A stretch of 64,000 nucleotides of DNA, from the IMG/VR virus record IMGVR_UViG_3300012953_006686, positions 29,700 through 93,699 of that record; one strand, written 5' to 3'. Origin of the DNA: a virus. The notes below the pieces were generated by a model. It had not been told where the DNA came from and made no database searches. It saw only the letters and a list, made by a program, of their open reading frames with translations. Of this stretch, positions 20,671 through 30,172 are shown piece after piece; the stretch's first letter is position 1; every line of letters begins with the position of its first letter. Made by a program: the position numbers and the translations under genes.

Positions 20671-21637
20671 AACCTAAATCTCCCATAATCTTTTTCCAAA
20701 ATTTTGCAGCATTGTACTTCTTCTTATAAGCACCATGTCCTTTATTAGCAATATATTCTCTTTCTTTGTCGTTGTCAAGATAATAATTTATTTTTTCTAC
20801 TAAATCTTGTTCATTTTCAAATTCAACGTAGTGAACGCCGGGCTTCAGGTAATTCTTAATGCACTCGTTCTTTCGCTCCAAGAGTAGAGACTTGCTTGCT
20901 AAAATCTCCCAGACACGACCTTTGCATTGATCATATCCATCTGGACCTTCTGGAAAGTTTAAGCTAATCTTGCTGTGACGCATTAGCTGTGCATATCGTT
21001 CTGGTGATAGACCTTCTTCTCGTTGACCCCCTCCAATGTGAACCGGAACACCATTAGTTACAAGGTGAGTTAAATACTTCTGCCTCTCAGGATACCGAGG
21101 GCTTCCTAGAAAGCTAGCGCCCAGCTCTTGTTCTCCATCGAGTGGGTGATACAAACTATCATCTTGAGGCGCCCAAAGCCATACTAGGTTTTCAATATCT
21201 GTAGCAGTATTTCTTTCAGATCCCCAACAAACGTGCAAGTCTGCAAAGCCTTTTTCGTTTAAATCTTCAATCTCGGGAAGACCCCACCCATCAAAAACAT
21301 CAGGCCACATAAAAACTGTCTTGCAGCCTTTTTCGCGAATATATTCATAACTTGCGTCTGAAGGGTTAAGGTGCGATTTGCCCAACAACGAGAAAACCAC
21401 AATATCGGGTTTTGTTCTGTCAAGCAATGTTGGCAAAAATGTATCGATGTGCTTCTTTTTTACCAACGAATATTCATCCATATGCACAATATTAAACTGT
21501 GTGTCTGGGAACGTATTCTTAAACGTTCTAAAAAGGTTGTGATAGTTGTTTGTCAAGCCCTTGTTTGGGTTGGCGTCACACCACTTTTCTGTTACAAACA
21601 AAACTTTCGGGTTACTTTTCTCCATAATAGTCTCCAT
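20660..21637 (-). CDS. CgeB-like GT-B glycosyltransferase
   Basis: SKISLNF, KGRVWEILAS, PGVHYVEF and KINYYL..REYIA. Confidence 0.75.
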   Translation of the reverse strand: METIMEKSNPKVLFVTEKWCDANPNKGLTNNYHNLFRTFKNTFPDTQFNIVHMDEYSLVKKKHIDTFLPTLLDRTKPDIVVFSLLGKSHLNPSDASYEYIREKGCKTVFMWPDVFDGWGLPEIEDLNEKGFADLHVCWGSERNTATDIENLVWLWAPQDDSLYHPLDGEQELGASFLGSPRYPERQKYLTHLVTNGVPVHIGGGQREEGLSPERYAQLMRHSKISLNFPEGPDGYDQCKGRVWEILASKSLLLERKNECIKNYLKPGVHYVEFENEQDLVEKINYYLDNDKEREYIANKGHGAYKKKYNAAKFWKKIMGDLGYDL

Positions 21638-22151
21638 ATTCTACTACAATTGTGCTCTTACCATCAGTGCGGTTATATGCCTTATGATATGCTGGAAACA
21701 CGTCTGAAGGATCTTCACAGCGAATAACCTCTATGTTGCGCAACATTCCGCGGAAAGCTTGTGTAAAGTCTCCCGTATGTTGCGCTTGTGGATTCAGCGG
21801 TCTCTCAGAGCCAATTCCAACTCGTATAATTACTTTTGGCGCATATTCACCGTGTGAATAAGCTTTAAGTCTGTCAAGATGATTAACGAGCTGATTAACC
21901 GCGCAGAGAAGAAAGTTCCAGCGAGGATAAATACTAACTGGCACGCTGCCGTTTACAGCCATACCTGTGGCGATGCCCATCTGCATCTCTTCATCAACTG
22001 GCATTTCAATTAGCTTGTCTTTATCTACATCTTTAAGCGTGTTGGTCATTGCGGTGCCCTTGTAGGCGACTGCTTGTCCAATAAATACTGTATCTGGCTG
22101 TTCACCCAGGTACTCCATTGCTCTTTTTAGTTCATCAAAATATTGTCCCAT
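21612..22151 (-). CDS. TPP-dependent enzyme beta-like subunit (pyrimidine-binding domain only)
   Basis: IEMPVDEEMQMGIATGMA, NQLVNH and QHTGDF; 179 aa. Confidence 0.8.
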   Translation of the reverse strand: MGQYFDELKRAMEYLGEQPDTVFIGQAVAYKGTAMTNTLKDVDKDKLIEMPVDEEMQMGIATGMAVNGSVPVSIYPRWNFLLCAVNQLVNHLDRLKAYSHGEYAPKVIIRVGIGSERPLNPQAQHTGDFTQAFRGMLRNIEVIRCEDPSDVFPAYHKAYNRTDGKSTIVVEYGDYYGEK

Positions 22152-22750
22152 TATTGCTGCTCCCTATTTTTTAAATTATATCTTGCTAGATATTTTTCAA
22201 ATAATACTAACCCAGTTTCATTAATCATCTTTTGTTGTGTTTCCTTTTTTTCTAATTCTGAAATTATACACTTAGTAGACCTTTGATGACCTGAAAGCTC
22301 ATACATATCGTGGACATATTTTCTTATTTTTGAAAAATCAGCTTTCAAATTATATTTGATGTCCAAAAAGTCTGCAATTGTAAAAAACAAATCATCTTGT
22401 TCTTTTAAATCTTCATAATAAACTACCATTTTTGGTGACTTAATGTTATCAAATCTGCGAATCTGTCTGGCGTATCCAGATAATTGTAATCCGTATGGGC
22501 GAGATTTTGCTTTTGTTGTCTTAAGGGTTATGAAGTTTCTTAACAAAAGAATATGTCTGTCAAATTTTGAATCTGCTTGTTTTGAAGTAATTCCAGTAAA
22601 ATAATGAACATATGAAGGTAAATACTTGCTTCCCCAAATTGTTTTATATTCACTTTTTTCATCTAAATGTTCAGTCATCGCATATAAACCTAAAGATAAC
22701 AAATGAAGCCCACTTCGTGGATGAGAGTAAATTATTACTTTATCTCTCAA
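22151..22750 (-). CDS. Sulfotransferase-like protein
   Basis: SHPRSGLHLL (PAPS-binding loop-like), LLRN, VYYEDL and IADFL. Confidence 0.55.
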   Translation of the reverse strand: MRDKVIIYSHPRSGLHLLSLGLYAMTEHLDEKSEYKTIWGSKYLPSYVHYFTGITSKQADSKFDRHILLLRNFITLKTTKAKSRPYGLQLSGYARQIRRFDNIKSPKMVVYYEDLKEQDDLFFTIADFLDIKYNLKADFSKIRKYVHDMYELSGHQRSTKCIISELEKKETQQKMINETGLVLFEKYLARYNLKNREQQ

Positions 22751-23364
22751 AACTGAACTCTTTTACCGGCGCCGGCGTGTGGATACTTATCTAAACTATA
22801 CTTGTAGTACGTCACATATTCGTCGTTAACGCCTTCATAGGTCAGCTTTTCCTGACCCCAAGTCTCGCGCGTGTCCGTGCAGACAGACTTGCCGTTGTCT
22901 TCGATAATAAAATGAATCGGCAGCTTGTGGTTGCGAGAATACTTAATACATTCGTGAGCTACTCCTGTTTCAGAGGTCATATCGCCCATAAAGCAGTAAA
23001 CCCTGTTAGAGCCTCCGCGGCGCTTAATGTCTAAAGCAAGACCAGTCGCAATAGGGAGAACGCCCGTTACAATCCCCGAACACAATACTCGGTATTCACT
23101 GAAGCACAACGAAATAGAACGACCCTGCAGGATTGCTGCTTTTAGTTGATCTTTGGGAACACCCTTCAATAAACACTGATAATGGCTGCGCCAGGATCCC
23201 AGCACCCAATCATCGACTCCGATATTGTGTCTTTTGAATACATCAATCATTTGTTCTTCGTTACCGTGGTAAAGGTGCACAGGGGCACGAATCATAGCCG
23301 CATCAAAACACGCGGCCATCTCTACCTCAAATTCAATTAACTCTTCTTTTGTGAGCATATACAC
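22747..23364 (-). CDS. TPP-dependent enzyme alpha-like subunit (E1-alpha type)
   Basis: HLYHGNEE, WRSH and the TPP-binding motif variant GDM...EDNG. Confidence 0.8.
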   Translation of the reverse strand: MYMLTKEELIEFEVEMAACFDAAMIRAPVHLYHGNEEQMIDVFKRHNIGVDDWVLGSWRSHYQCLLKGVPKDQLKAAILQGRSISLCFSEYRVLCSGIVTGVLPIATGLALDIKRRGGSNRVYCFMGDMTSETGVAHECIKYSRNHKLPIHFIIEDNGKSVCTDTRETWGQEKLTYEGVNDEYVTYYKYSLDKYPHAGAGKRVQF

Positions 23365-23372
23365 CCCCTAGG

Positions 23373-24881
23373 TTAATCGCCCAACAGCTTTCTTTTAAGC
23401 TTAATTTCTGTCATTTTTTCGATGCCCTGTCTTGTACCAAGTCCGAACTTCTTCTCTATCATATCAAGATATGCATCATTTTTATAGTATTTTGTGAAGG
23501 CTTCATCACGAAACTTAAGTACCTCTGCGGCAGAAATATGTTTAGTCGGAAGGGGGGATGTTTCATATGAGTGTTGAGAGTATCCCACATAGGTCTCTGG
23601 CAGCTCCCAGCCTTCTTTAAGGGCGTCTAAATAAAGTTTAGAGCCAGGGTATGCCATGGCAGAATAAAAGTTCGCAAACTCGCAATTAAGCTCCATTGAC
23701 ATATCTAAAGTATCTTGCATGGTTTCAACAGTGTCTTCTGGGAGTCCAAAGATGTAGTTTCCAATGACGTTAATATCATAATCTTGAACTTTCTTTACCA
23801 AATCTACAATGTTAACTTCTGTAAATCTACCTTTAACTACATCTTGTCGAACTACTTTATTGCCAGATTCAATTCCGAGCGCTAACCAATTAACGCCGGC
23901 GTTCTTTAGTGTTTCTAGATATTCTTCTTTAACGGTATCAATTCTAGCATACGCCCAAATATTAAAATCATATTTTCTTTCAATTATCAAATCACACAGC
24001 TTCATAAAGTGCTTTTTGTATAAAACAAACATCTCATCTGCAATCTTAACATTTTTAATTCCCATCTCAGCAATTTGATCAAATTCAGATATGATGTATT
24101 CTGGATCCCAAAATCTAAATTTGTTTCTGCCATAGTCCCAATTTTCAAGATTGTTGTTGCCAAACGGGGCATTAATACAACAAAAGCTACACTTAAACGG
24201 GCAACCTAAACTTGTATATAAAGAAGCAAATGGCTTTCTATCATCTCCGTTAGTCATAGCGTGCCAATTAGCAGTTCTATAATTACCCATCGGAAGTAAA
24301 TCCCAGGCCATGCCAGGTAATTCGTCCACCATTTCTTCTTGAGATATTAAAGGAGCAGGCTTTGTATAACAAATATTCCCGTCTTCCCTATACCACAAGC
24401 CTGGAACATTACGCAATTGTGAAGGTTCATCCATATTGACATTTAATAATCCGGCAATAGTATGCGGGCCTTCACCTTGGCAAACAAAATCTGCTATTTC
24501 ATCGTTCATGGTTTGTCGCGATACAGCAGAAGGATGCAGTCCGACTAACAATGTCTTGTACCCAGGATAATTATTTTTAAGCTCTTGTAAAAGGTAACGT
24601 GTTCCAATCATGTTCTGAGTTGAAGCAGATGGCTGTTGTCCATAAATTACTATAACCACAAGCCTGGGGTCATATAAACTAATGGCTTCTGCAGATTGAG
24701 CGGCATCAATTCTCATTGCCTCGCAATCTAAAACTCTTGTAGAATATCCATTCTTGCGCGCATTCTGCGCCAATAGAGCCGCCCAAATTGGCGGCTCGAT
24801 AGCAGAATATTCTTTACTTAATTTTTGATAGATAATTGGGGCGCCGTTAGGGTGCACAAATAATACGTCTAATTTACTCAT
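23373..24881 (-). CDS. Cobalamin-dependent radical SAM enzyme
   Basis: N-terminal B12-binding domain (EPPIW, GLHPS, GEG), GCPFKCSFC, GIESG and YPGSKLY. Confidence 0.85.
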   Translation of the reverse strand: MSKLDVLFVHPNGAPIIYQKLSKEYSAIEPPIWAALLAQNARKNGYSTRVLDCEAMRIDAAQSAEAISLYDPRLVVIVIYGQQPSASTQNMIGTRYLLQELKNNYPGYKTLLVGLHPSAVSRQTMNDEIADFVCQGEGPHTIAGLLNVNMDEPSQLRNVPGLWYREDGNICYTKPAPLISQEEMVDELPGMAWDLLPMGNYRTANWHAMTNGDDRKPFASLYTSLGCPFKCSFCCINAPFGNNNLENWDYGRNKFRFWDPEYIISEFDQIAEMGIKNVKIADEMFVLYKKHFMKLCDLIIERKYDFNIWAYARIDTVKEEYLETLKNAGVNWLALGIESGNKVVRQDVVKGRFTEVNIVDLVKKVQDYDINVIGNYIFGLPEDTVETMQDTLDMSMELNCEFANFYSAMAYPGSKLYLDALKEGWELPETYVGYSQHSYETSPLPTKHISAAEVLKFRDEAFTKYYKNDAYLDMIEKKFGLGTRQGIEKMTEIKLKRKLLGD

Positions 24882-25866
24882 TTTTATCCCTTTGAAGATG
24901 TTTCATTTCATATGTCACTGCAGGCGATCCAAGTTTTTTTATAATTTCGTATTGCGCGGTTGGCGGCATTGAGCGGATATCATCACCAAGAGGTAAATAT
25001 GCATATGGTGTATCGGTAGATTCAAATTGGGATTTCCACTTGCGAGACCACAATGTATCGGCTTTTTTCCACTGAGACTTTACATCTAAATTAATTTGTA
25101 GTTCTTCTTTCCAAGTGGCTTTCTTATAGGTTTTGTTGTATAATGGCTCATCATGAGTTATTTGCGCGTCATGAATAATGCCATGGCTCTCGTTATCGTT
25201 TTGTTGTGTGCACATCAGAATAGGTATACCTTCTAAAAGTTGGACATTAGCATCATCTGCCTGAGCGCGGATGGCGAGGTCGGTATAAGCAAGAGCAGTA
25301 CACTCATAGTCGCAATTGATCCCACCTAATTGATCATAATATTCTCTATACATAATTGCACTATTTAAAATAAAATAGTCATCTGGAATGTGTTCACTTC
25401 CTATTCCGTTTCCTTCCTTATCTTTGTGAAAATTGATCTTATAATATTCATCAGTATAAACTTTTTCATTTTCAGTAAATTTATAAGTTACAATATTCTT
25501 TATATCGTTCCCCATTTTATCTAACCGTGCGAGGGCAGTTTCGAGCCCATATGGTACAAAAAATCCATCATCAGATATCCAAGTAATAAGTTCACCTTCT
25601 GCTATAGCGGCGCCGATGGCGTGGGCGCGGACAGGACTTCCATAATCTTTAATTACTTTAAAATTAGGCGCTAACAATAAGGCAGGCTCAATCGCGTAAG
25701 GATATGGAGTTATTAAAATTAATTCAAAAGAGCTGCTAGTAGAGCCTATAATAGAATTGTATATATCTGTCCAATACTCAGGTCTAATACCCGGCACAAG
25801 TACAGATAGCTTGGGCTTATCCGATATAATATTATAATCTATTTTTTTAGGTGGCTGTAAGTACAT
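24874..25866 (-). CDS. GT2-like glycosyltransferase, paralogue 4
   Basis: DYGSPVRAH, SDDG and DLAIRAQ; close duplicate of the next gene. Confidence 0.75.
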   Translation of the reverse strand: MYLQPPKKIDYNIISDKPKLSVLVPGIRPEYWTDIYNSIIGSTSSSFELILITPYPYAIEPALLLAPNFKVIKDYGSPVRAHAIGAAIAEGELITWISDDGFFVPYGLETALARLDKMGNDIKNIVTYKFTENEKVYTDEYYKINFHKDKEGNGIGSEHIPDDYFILNSAIMYREYYDQLGGINCDYECTALAYTDLAIRAQADDANVQLLEGIPILMCTQQNDNESHGIIHDAQITHDEPLYNKTYKKATWKEELQINLDVKSQWKKADTLWSRKWKSQFESTDTPYAYLPLGDDIRSMPPTAQYEIIKKLGSPAVTYEMKHLQRDKNE

Positions 25867-25878
25867 GCTCTATTATGA

Positions 25879-26877
25879 TTATGATAATTTTGTCAAGGCT
25901 GAAAGTTTTTCGTTCAAGGTTGCCAGTTTTGCGCTAGCGTGTTTTACGATTTTTGCAGCCATCGCGATGCCGATAGTGTGATATGAATACATTCCGTCTG
26001 TTCCGTAAGCTGTTGCATGCTCAATTCTTTTTTTGATAATTGGCTCATATTTACGGGGCCATGCAAGAGGAGCAGATTTCCAATTGTTTAACTTTAAATT
26101 AATTTTTATATTATCTCGCCACGTTGACGATTTATAGGTTTTAGCGTAAAGAGGCTCATCATGGGTTTGCTGGGCACTTTCTACGTGCGTGTGTCTATTA
26201 TCTCCAGGCGTAAACTGACCACACATTAAAATAGGGGGACCATCGACCAATTCTACACGTGCTCCATCAAATTGGGCACGAATAGCAAAGTCAGTATATG
26301 CCATGGCAGTTCCTTCATAAGAGCAGTCAATTCCTCCTAATTCTTCATAATATGCGCGATGCATAAGGCAACAATTAAAAATATAATAATCATCTGGAAT
26401 ATGCTCGCTTCCTATTCCATTTCCTTCTTTATCTTGATGAAAATTGATCTTATAGTATTCATCAGTATAAACTTTTTCATTTTCAGTAAATTTATAAGTT
26501 ACAATATTTTTTATATCACCCCCCATTTTGCCTAACTGTGCAAGAGCGGTTTCTAATCCTAATGGTGCTATAACTCCATCATCAGCGATCCAAGTAATAA
26601 ATTTTCCTTCTGCCAAAGAGGCGCCGATGGCATGCGCTCGGACTGGTGATCCATAATCTTTAACAATCTTAATATTTGTACACCACCAAAACCAAGGCGG
26701 AATATCATAGCCATTTGGAGTTATAATGATAAGTTCAAATGATCGAGATGTTGAAGCTACTAGAGAGTTATAAACGTTAGTCCACTTTTCAGGGTGTATT
26801 GCCGGCATAATTATAGACAACTCGGGCTTGTCTTTGGTTATATTGTACTCTTCATGTGTGGGGGGTCGTAAATACAT
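25879..26877 (-). CDS. GT2-like glycosyltransferase, paralogue 5
   Basis: DYGSPVRAH, ADDG, GGIDCSYE and DFAIRAQ. Confidence 0.75.
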   Translation of the reverse strand: MYLRPPTHEEYNITKDKPELSIIMPAIHPEKWTNVYNSLVASTSRSFELIIITPNGYDIPPWFWWCTNIKIVKDYGSPVRAHAIGASLAEGKFITWIADDGVIAPLGLETALAQLGKMGGDIKNIVTYKFTENEKVYTDEYYKINFHQDKEGNGIGSEHIPDDYYIFNCCLMHRAYYEELGGIDCSYEGTAMAYTDFAIRAQFDGARVELVDGPPILMCGQFTPGDNRHTHVESAQQTHDEPLYAKTYKSSTWRDNIKINLKLNNWKSAPLAWPRKYEPIIKKRIEHATAYGTDGMYSYHTIGIAMAAKIVKHASAKLATLNEKLSALTKLS

Positions 26878-26885
26878 TTTCTATC

Positions 26886-27818
26886 TTAATAATTTGCATA
26901 CCAAGGAGATTCAATGATGCTGTAAGCTTTAATAAGCTGACCAATACCATCATCTAAGTTATATTTGCACTCAAATCCCTTATCATAAAATTTTTGACTA
27001 CTAACAATATAATCACGTGTATCAGGATCGGAAGTAAATTCTGCTTTAATAATCTCAAGCGGAAGGTGTTCCTTAATCTTTTGTGCTAGCTGAAGCTTGT
27101 TCATGTTAATAGCATCGTTGCCTACATTGTAAGTTTCATTCTTGCACTCTTCCCAATTGTTAATCACAAACATAAATGCGCGACAAACATCCTGTAGGTG
27201 TACATAATTGCGCATAAATTCACACTCATAAAGTACCAATACACGTTCGCGGAGAGCCTTAAGAACAAAATTGTTAACCAGCAAATCGGTTCGCATACGA
27301 GAACCGGGACCAAACACAGTCGCTAATCTAAATGTTACATAATTATCAATATTTTTAAATTCATTTTCTGCCGCTACTTTTGTTTTTCCATAAAGGGTAA
27401 TTGGATTAAGAGGAGATTGTTCAGTGCACACAGAACCATCGACACTAACTCCATAGCCAGAATTAGTACAAGGGTAAATCACCTTTTGTTCTGGTGTTTT
27501 GTTTTTGGCAATCCAGGCGTTAACTCCATGATTGATCTCAACGGCACCTCTCTTATCTCTATCACAAAGAGGAAACCCCACTAATGCCGCCAAAGGAATG
27601 ATTATATCAGCTTTTGGCATGTGCTCGTGCAAAAACTCTAGATTTACAACGTCACCCTTAATAAAAGTAAAATTAGGATTAATAGTATATCGTAACAACG
27701 ATGTGGCATCATACATTAGGTTATCAATGATTGTAACTTCATGACCTTCTTTCAAAAGATGCTCGGTTAATTCGCTACCAATGTAGCCGGCGCCGCCGGT
27801 AATAAGAACTTTAGACAT
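26886..27818 (-). CDS. NAD-dependent epimerase/dehydratase
   Basis: TGGAGYIG, YGKTK and RLATVFG. Confidence 0.85.
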   Translation of the reverse strand: MSKVLITGGAGYIGSELTEHLLKEGHEVTIIDNLMYDATSLLRYTINPNFTFIKGDVVNLEFLHEHMPKADIIIPLAALVGFPLCDRDKRGAVEINHGVNAWIAKNKTPEQKVIYPCTNSGYGVSVDGSVCTEQSPLNPITLYGKTKVAAENEFKNIDNYVTFRLATVFGPGSRMRTDLLVNNFVLKALRERVLVLYECEFMRNYVHLQDVCRAFMFVINNWEECKNETYNVGNDAINMNKLQLAQKIKEHLPLEIIKAEFTSDPDTRDYIVSSQKFYDKGFECKYNLDDGIGQLIKAYSIIESPWYANY

Positions 27819-28115
27819 TTACAACTCCAATTTTCCTGTTAAGGTGTCTTTAAGCATAACCCAGTCGCATGCTTTAGCCCACAGAGGTCTTGAAAATGCT
27901 GCTGGCTCATTCTTTTCAAACACAAAATGACCAGTCCACGCAAAAGGATAAACCACAAATGGAGCTGCTAACAGTAACAACCATGTTTGAGTATATATTA
28001 CCGCACTAATGAACATAATTGTAGCCGCTTGCCCTAAAATATGCATGCGCCGACACCATTTGTTTTGATGTAAAGTAAGATAATATTGATAATATTCACT
28101 AAATGTCATTTCCAA
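27819..28115 (-). CDS. DUF962/Mpo1-like membrane protein
   Basis: YLTLH...RRMHILG and AWTGHFVFEKNEPA. Confidence 0.8.
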   Translation of the reverse strand: MEMTFSEYYQYYLTLHQNKWCRRMHILGQAATIMFISAVIYTQTWLLLLAAPFVVYPFAWTGHFVFEKNEPAAFSRPLWAKACDWVMLKDTLTGKLEL

Positions 28116-28513
28116 CTAATCTCCCAATCTTTAAAATCAGCTGCGAGACAATCAATCTTATAATCTTTCCTACCGCCCATAATCTCTTGGATACAATTTT
28201 TGGCAGTGTTTCTAATTCCATTTAAACCGTGTGTTAGTTCTAAATTATTACCATCTTTGATACCTTTGCGATAATTGGATTCATTGTGCCAGATGTGCAA
28301 ATTCATCTGAGATAGAACTACAATTGCTCGGATTGTCTCTGCTGTAATTCCTTCACTTTGATCCAACAATAATTGGATATCGTGGGTGATATCAGCGATT
28401 TCTTGCGCATATTCTGTTTTGTGTTCAGGTATAAATACCTCTTTTAATTGGGCGATCGATAATCTATCTATCAGCTCCGATAATGTTGGTAAATACTTTC
28501 TACTAGTGTCCAT
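28106..28513 (-). CDS. Hypothetical helical protein typical of glycosyltransferase loci
   Basis: ELIDRLSI...NLHIWH.E...NGIRN..K motif. Confidence 0.65.
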   Translation of the reverse strand: MDTSRKYLPTLSELIDRLSIAQLKEVFIPEHKTEYAQEIADITHDIQLLLDQSEGITAETIRAIVVLSQMNLHIWHNESNYRKGIKDGNNLELTHGLNGIRNTAKNCIQEIMGGRKDYKIDCLAADFKDWEISWK

Positions 28514-28522
28514 GATATATCC

Positions 28523-30172
28523 TTATATAAATTGTCTAAAATATGGCTCATACTTTTTGAAGTTTGCTTCACCGAACACTTCTTTATGTTTAAAGAATGT
28601 ACCGGCCTCTTCTTGACCTCGTTCTTTAATGTGCTCGTTTGATGTTGATAAGCCTTCAGAATTATAATAATATAATCCCAATGGAATGTCAACCTTTTTA
28701 AATTGTGCTCCTGATTCTACCATTCTTAAAAACATATCCCAGTCGCCTGCGTATGCTAAATCTTCATTAAAAAAGCCTGCCTTGTCGTGAATGTTTTTTT
28801 TCCACATAGGCATTGGTCCTGGCAGGCATTTGATCATATTTTCTCTGGAAAATTTATTCCTAGAGTGTTCATAAAAATTTCCATTTGATGAGTTATCTTC
28901 AAACGTTTCATTTGGCTTAGTTGTTTGATAGCAATCAGTATAAACCAAATCTATATCGCTAGAATAATGTAAATGTTTGGCAAGAGTTTCTAAATAGTGT
29001 GGTGAATGTCTATCGTCCACACAAGCCTGAGCAATAAATTCTCCAGTGGCTATTTTTATTGCCATATTCTCTGTTTCCATAACTGTGGCTCTATAGTCGA
29101 GCTTTTTATAAACTACATTTTTATGGTTCTTCATAAATTCTTCAATGTATTGTTCTTCGTTCTCTGGCGAATTTGCATTAATAATGATCAATTCAGATTG
29201 TTCAAAAATGGTCTGCTTTTGCATGTCTTCTAGAAAGCCTTGAATGTATTTTTCACCAGCATATAGAGGACAAAAAATAGTGACTTTTGGAAGATTGACT
29301 TTTCCATAAAATTCTACTTTATTATCGTCAATTAGTCCAAACCACTTCTGTAAAAGTGTGTTATTGTTTTCTCTAATAAAATCTAATAATTCTCTGCCTT
29401 TTAGTTTAAAGTAATCTTCACTAGCTGCACCAATAAGATTATTAGTTATCAACTTACATCCCAAGATACGAGCCTCAATTGAAAGCCTGTTATATGTCTC
29501 AAGCCATTGAGGAAAAAATACCAAATGTTGAACGCGCGCAAGATTAACCACAAAACTTTCAAATGGTTGTGGTTCTAAATATTCAAACGGTAAATTGTTT
29601 TTCTGACAAAAACCAATAGCAGCAGGCATGCCTTTATTTTTATTATTCGATCTTAAAAGAGCATACTTAATGCTCTTGGGCGTGTCTATATTATTCTCTA
29701 AGACTGATAATTGTTCTTCCGTCCAAATATTTCCGCTTAAACTAACAATGTTGTCTAATAGCAGATTCTTTTGAACTACGGAAGCGTGCTTCTTGCTTTG
29801 ACACATTACTGCTTGAGCACCTTTATAGAAAAACTTATTAATTATTTGCTGTTCAGGTGCTAAAAAATCTTTATATAGCGATGGATTATTAGAAGCAACG
29901 TACTTGTGATCGTGTTCTAAAATCGCATATCTATATTTATCAGATAGTGCATATTTAAATGCTTCAGGTAACATAAAAAAGTTTGCTACTATAAAAAAAC
30001 TATCTGTACTGTTATTAAGCAGTTGAGGGGTTACTTCAGATGACTTTACTGTAGTCACATTATATTTTTTACGCAGAAGATTAATGAGAGCATCATTACA
30101 CAACTCCGCTCCCCCTCTTATCTCATTTACAAAAAAATCAGATATAAAAACAATGTTAGTCATATTCAACAA
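28523..30172 (-). CDS. Two-domain glycosyltransferase (GT-B-like N-terminus, GT2 C-terminus)
   Basis: GGAE and ETYNRLSIEARILGC in the N-half; VTIFCPLY, VDD and AGDWDMFLR in the C-half. Confidence 0.8.
   Translation of the reverse strand: MLNMTNIVFISDFFVNEIRGGAELCNDALINLLRKKYNVTTVKSSEVTPQLLNNSTDSFFIVANFFMLPEAFKYALSDKYRYAILEHDHKYVASNNPSLYKDFLAPEQQIINKFFYKGAQAVMCQSKKHASVVQKNLLLDNIVSLSGNIWTEEQLSVLENNIDTPKSIKYALLRSNNKNKGMPAAIGFCQKNNLPFEYLEPQPFESFVVNLARVQHLVFFPQWLETYNRLSIEARILGCKLITNNLIGAASEDYFKLKGRELLDFIRENNNTLLQKWFGLIDDNKVEFYGKVNLPKVTIFCPLYAGEKYIQGFLEDMQKQTIFEQSELIIINANSPENEEQYIEEFMKNHKNVVYKKLDYRATVMETENMAIKIATGEFIAQACVDDRHSPHYLETLAKHLHYSSDIDLVYTDCYQTTKPNETFEDNSSNGNFYEHSRNKFSRENMIKCLPGPMPMWKKNIHDKAGFFNEDLAYAGDWDMFLRMVESGAQFKKVDIPLGLYYYNSEGLSTSNEHIKERGQEEAGTFFKHKEVFGEANFKKYEPYFRQFI

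Noticed and set aside
21612-23364. Pyruvate dehydrogenase as a central-metabolism auxiliary gene
   Set aside because: The subunits are truncated, E2/E3 are absent, and the genes sit inside a sugar-biosynthesis locus.
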